From Squalus acanthias (Eukaryota), in the NCBI GenBank assembly GCA_030390025.1, contig CM059432.1, positions 117,058,001 to 117,122,000 of the forward strand: DNA of 64,000 nucleotides, written 5' to 3'. The translations under genes and the position numbers were made by a program. Below, in pieces: positions 62,082 through 64,000 of this stretch. The notes beneath the pieces are model-generated. The model saw only the letters and a program-made list of their open reading frames with translations. It had not been told where the DNA came from and made no database searches. Position 1 is the stretch's first letter, and every line of letters starts with the position of its first letter.

Positions 62082-63420
62082 GTTATAGTCTGAAATTGTT
62101 GAACTCGATGTTGAGTCCAGAAGGTTTTAAAGTGCCTAATCGAAAGATGAGGTGCTGTTCCTTGAGCTTACTTTGAGCTTTGTTGGAAGAGTGTAAGAGG
62201 CCGAGGATGGGGAGGTCAGAGTGGGAGTGGAGCAGAGAATTAAGGTGGCAGGCGACTGGAAGCTCAGGGTCACGCTTACGGACTGAATGGAGGTGTTCCG
62301 CAAAGCGGTCACCCAATCTGCGTTTGGTCTCCCCAGTGTAGAGGAGACCGCATCGTGAGCAGCGAATACAGTACCCTAAATTGCAAGAAGTACAAGTAAA
62401 TCGCTGTTTCACCTGGAATGTTTGGGGCCCTGGACAGTGGGAAGGGAGGAGGTAAAAGGGCAGGTGTTGCATCTCGGGAAGGTGCCATGGGAAGGGGAGG
62501 AAGTGTTGGGAGTGATTGAGGAGTGGACCAGGGTGTCGTGGAGGGAGTGGTCCCTTTGGAATGCTGAAAGTGGAGGGGAGGGGAAGATGTGTTTGGTGGT
62601 GGGATCATGCTGGAGGTGGCAGAAATGACGGAGGATGATCCGTTGAATGTGGAGGCTGGTGGGGACAAGGGGAACCCTATCGTGGTTCTGGGAGGGAGGG
62701 GAAGGGGTGAGAGCAGAAGTGCAGGAAATGGAACGGACACGGTCGAGGGCCATGTCAACCTCAGTAGAGGGGAATTTTCGGTTGAGGGAAAAGGAAGACA
62801 TATCGGAAGCACTAGTATGGAAGGTGGCATTGTCAGAGCAGATGCGAAGGAGATGGAGAAACTGGGAGAATAATAGAGTCCTTACAGGAAGCGGGGTGGG
62901 AGGAAGTGTAGTCCAGGTAGCTGTGGGAGTCAGTGGGCTTATAGTGGATATTGGTCAATAACCTAACCCCAGAAATGGAGACAGAGAAGTCGAGGAAGGG
63001 AAGGGAAGAGTCGGAGATTGACCATGTGAAGGTGAGGGAAGTGTGGAAATTGGAAGCAAAGTGAATGAAATTTTCTGGTTCAGGGCGAGAGCAGAAGCAG
63101 CACTGATACAGTCATCAATGTACCGGAAAAAGAGGTGAGGGAGGTGACCTGAGTAGGACTGGAACAAAGAATGTTCCACATATCCCACGAAAAGGCAGGC
63201 ACAGCTAGGGCCCATGCGGGTTCCCATAGCAACACCTTTAATTTGGAGGAAGTGAGTGGAGTCAAAGGAGAAGTTGCTCAATGTGAGAACAAGTTCAGCC
63301 AGGAGGGTGGTGGTGGATGGGGACTGGTTGGGCCTCTGTTCAAGGAAGAAGCGGAGCGCCCTCTGGCCATCCTGGTGGGGGATGGAGGTGTAGAGGGATT
63401 GGACGTCCATCGTGAAAAGG
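62082..63420 (-). mobile_element. Penelope-like retroelement fragment (RT plus GIY-YIG endonuclease), frameshifted
   Basis: MDVQSLYTSIPH, GVAMGTRMGP, FRYIDD; FTCTSCNLGYCIRCSRCGLLYTGETKRRLGDRFAEH; GLN terminal motif. Confidence 0.95.
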
Positions 63421-63910
63421 TAATTCTTCTTGTTGTGAGTGTATAGGTGTCAGCACTTAGTTTCACTTTGCATTAAGAACATTGAAAAGCAAGTCTATAA
63501 AGTCCCCAGAAGATTCAAAAGACCAATGAGCATTTAATAAAATAAGACTTCACACCAGGCTGGAGTTCTACTGGACACGGTGCACAGTAATACTGTTGTG
63601 AAACAACCTCCTGGATGGGTCTCACACCTTTTGGCTTCAATGCACTGAGCTGTAAGATTGGGAATTGAAACACAAATTATACTGGCACTGTCACATTGAT
63701 ACACATCCAAAACCGCCTTACATTGTCGCAAAAGTACTATTATAACTGTAACTTGATATCCTGTATTCACCACCTGCCTTTTACACTTGCGTTTCTACTT
63801 GGGTTTTCAAGCGAATTTACACACTAAACACTCCAGAAATAAGTACTTCATAATGCCACAATGTACATTGAAACTGCCCTATTCACTCACAGTCTTCTTT
63901 AGGGACAGAA

Positions 63911-64000
63911 CTTTGATGTGGTGGGAAGGCTTGCATGCTCCAATGACCCTGAGAGTTATGCTGGCAAGAGTATACCTCCTGGCAGGACCACCCAAGCCAG
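63911..64000 (+). mobile_element. Probable 5' UTR of an RTE-clade LINE (BovB/Expander-like), running off the window
   Basis: gtggtgggaaggcttgcatgctccaatgaccctgagagttatgc...caggaccacccaag resembles, from memory, the conserved RTE 5' end. Confidence 0.55.

Overview
Eukaryotic, repeat-saturated non-genic DNA, most likely from a cartilaginous fish (shark-type CR1 LINEs, Deu-domain SINEs, Penelope-like elements and Harbinger families). I found no host protein-coding gene, rRNA, tRNA gene or CRISPR. Nearly every long ORF in the track is a piece of a transposable element or its antisense shadow. The window is dominated by CR1 LINEs of several ages and by an unusually dense set of PIF/Harbinger DNA transposons. 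Five larger copies (3681-7117, 31319-35724, 37797-41513, 42181-50253, 53818-59090) carry a Myb/SANT gene, three-exon in four of them, lying tail-to-tail with a DDE transposase or its remnant. Several non-autonomous derivatives share the GG(G/C)..AATTT-type TIRs and 3-bp TSDs. CR1s and Harbingers are nested inside each other in both directions. Other features: a 1.64-kb TG...CA solo-LTR-like insert with a 4-bp TSD; a 3.3-kb near-perfect tandem duplication inside one Harbinger; a transposase frame broken only by four TAG codons; a locally templated inverted copy fused to a truncated CR1; three degenerate Penelope-type minimal hammerhead ribozymes; several fold-back structures; a Tc1/mariner MITE; and L2 and RTE fragments. 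All coordinates were read by eye and may be off by a few bases at degenerate ends.
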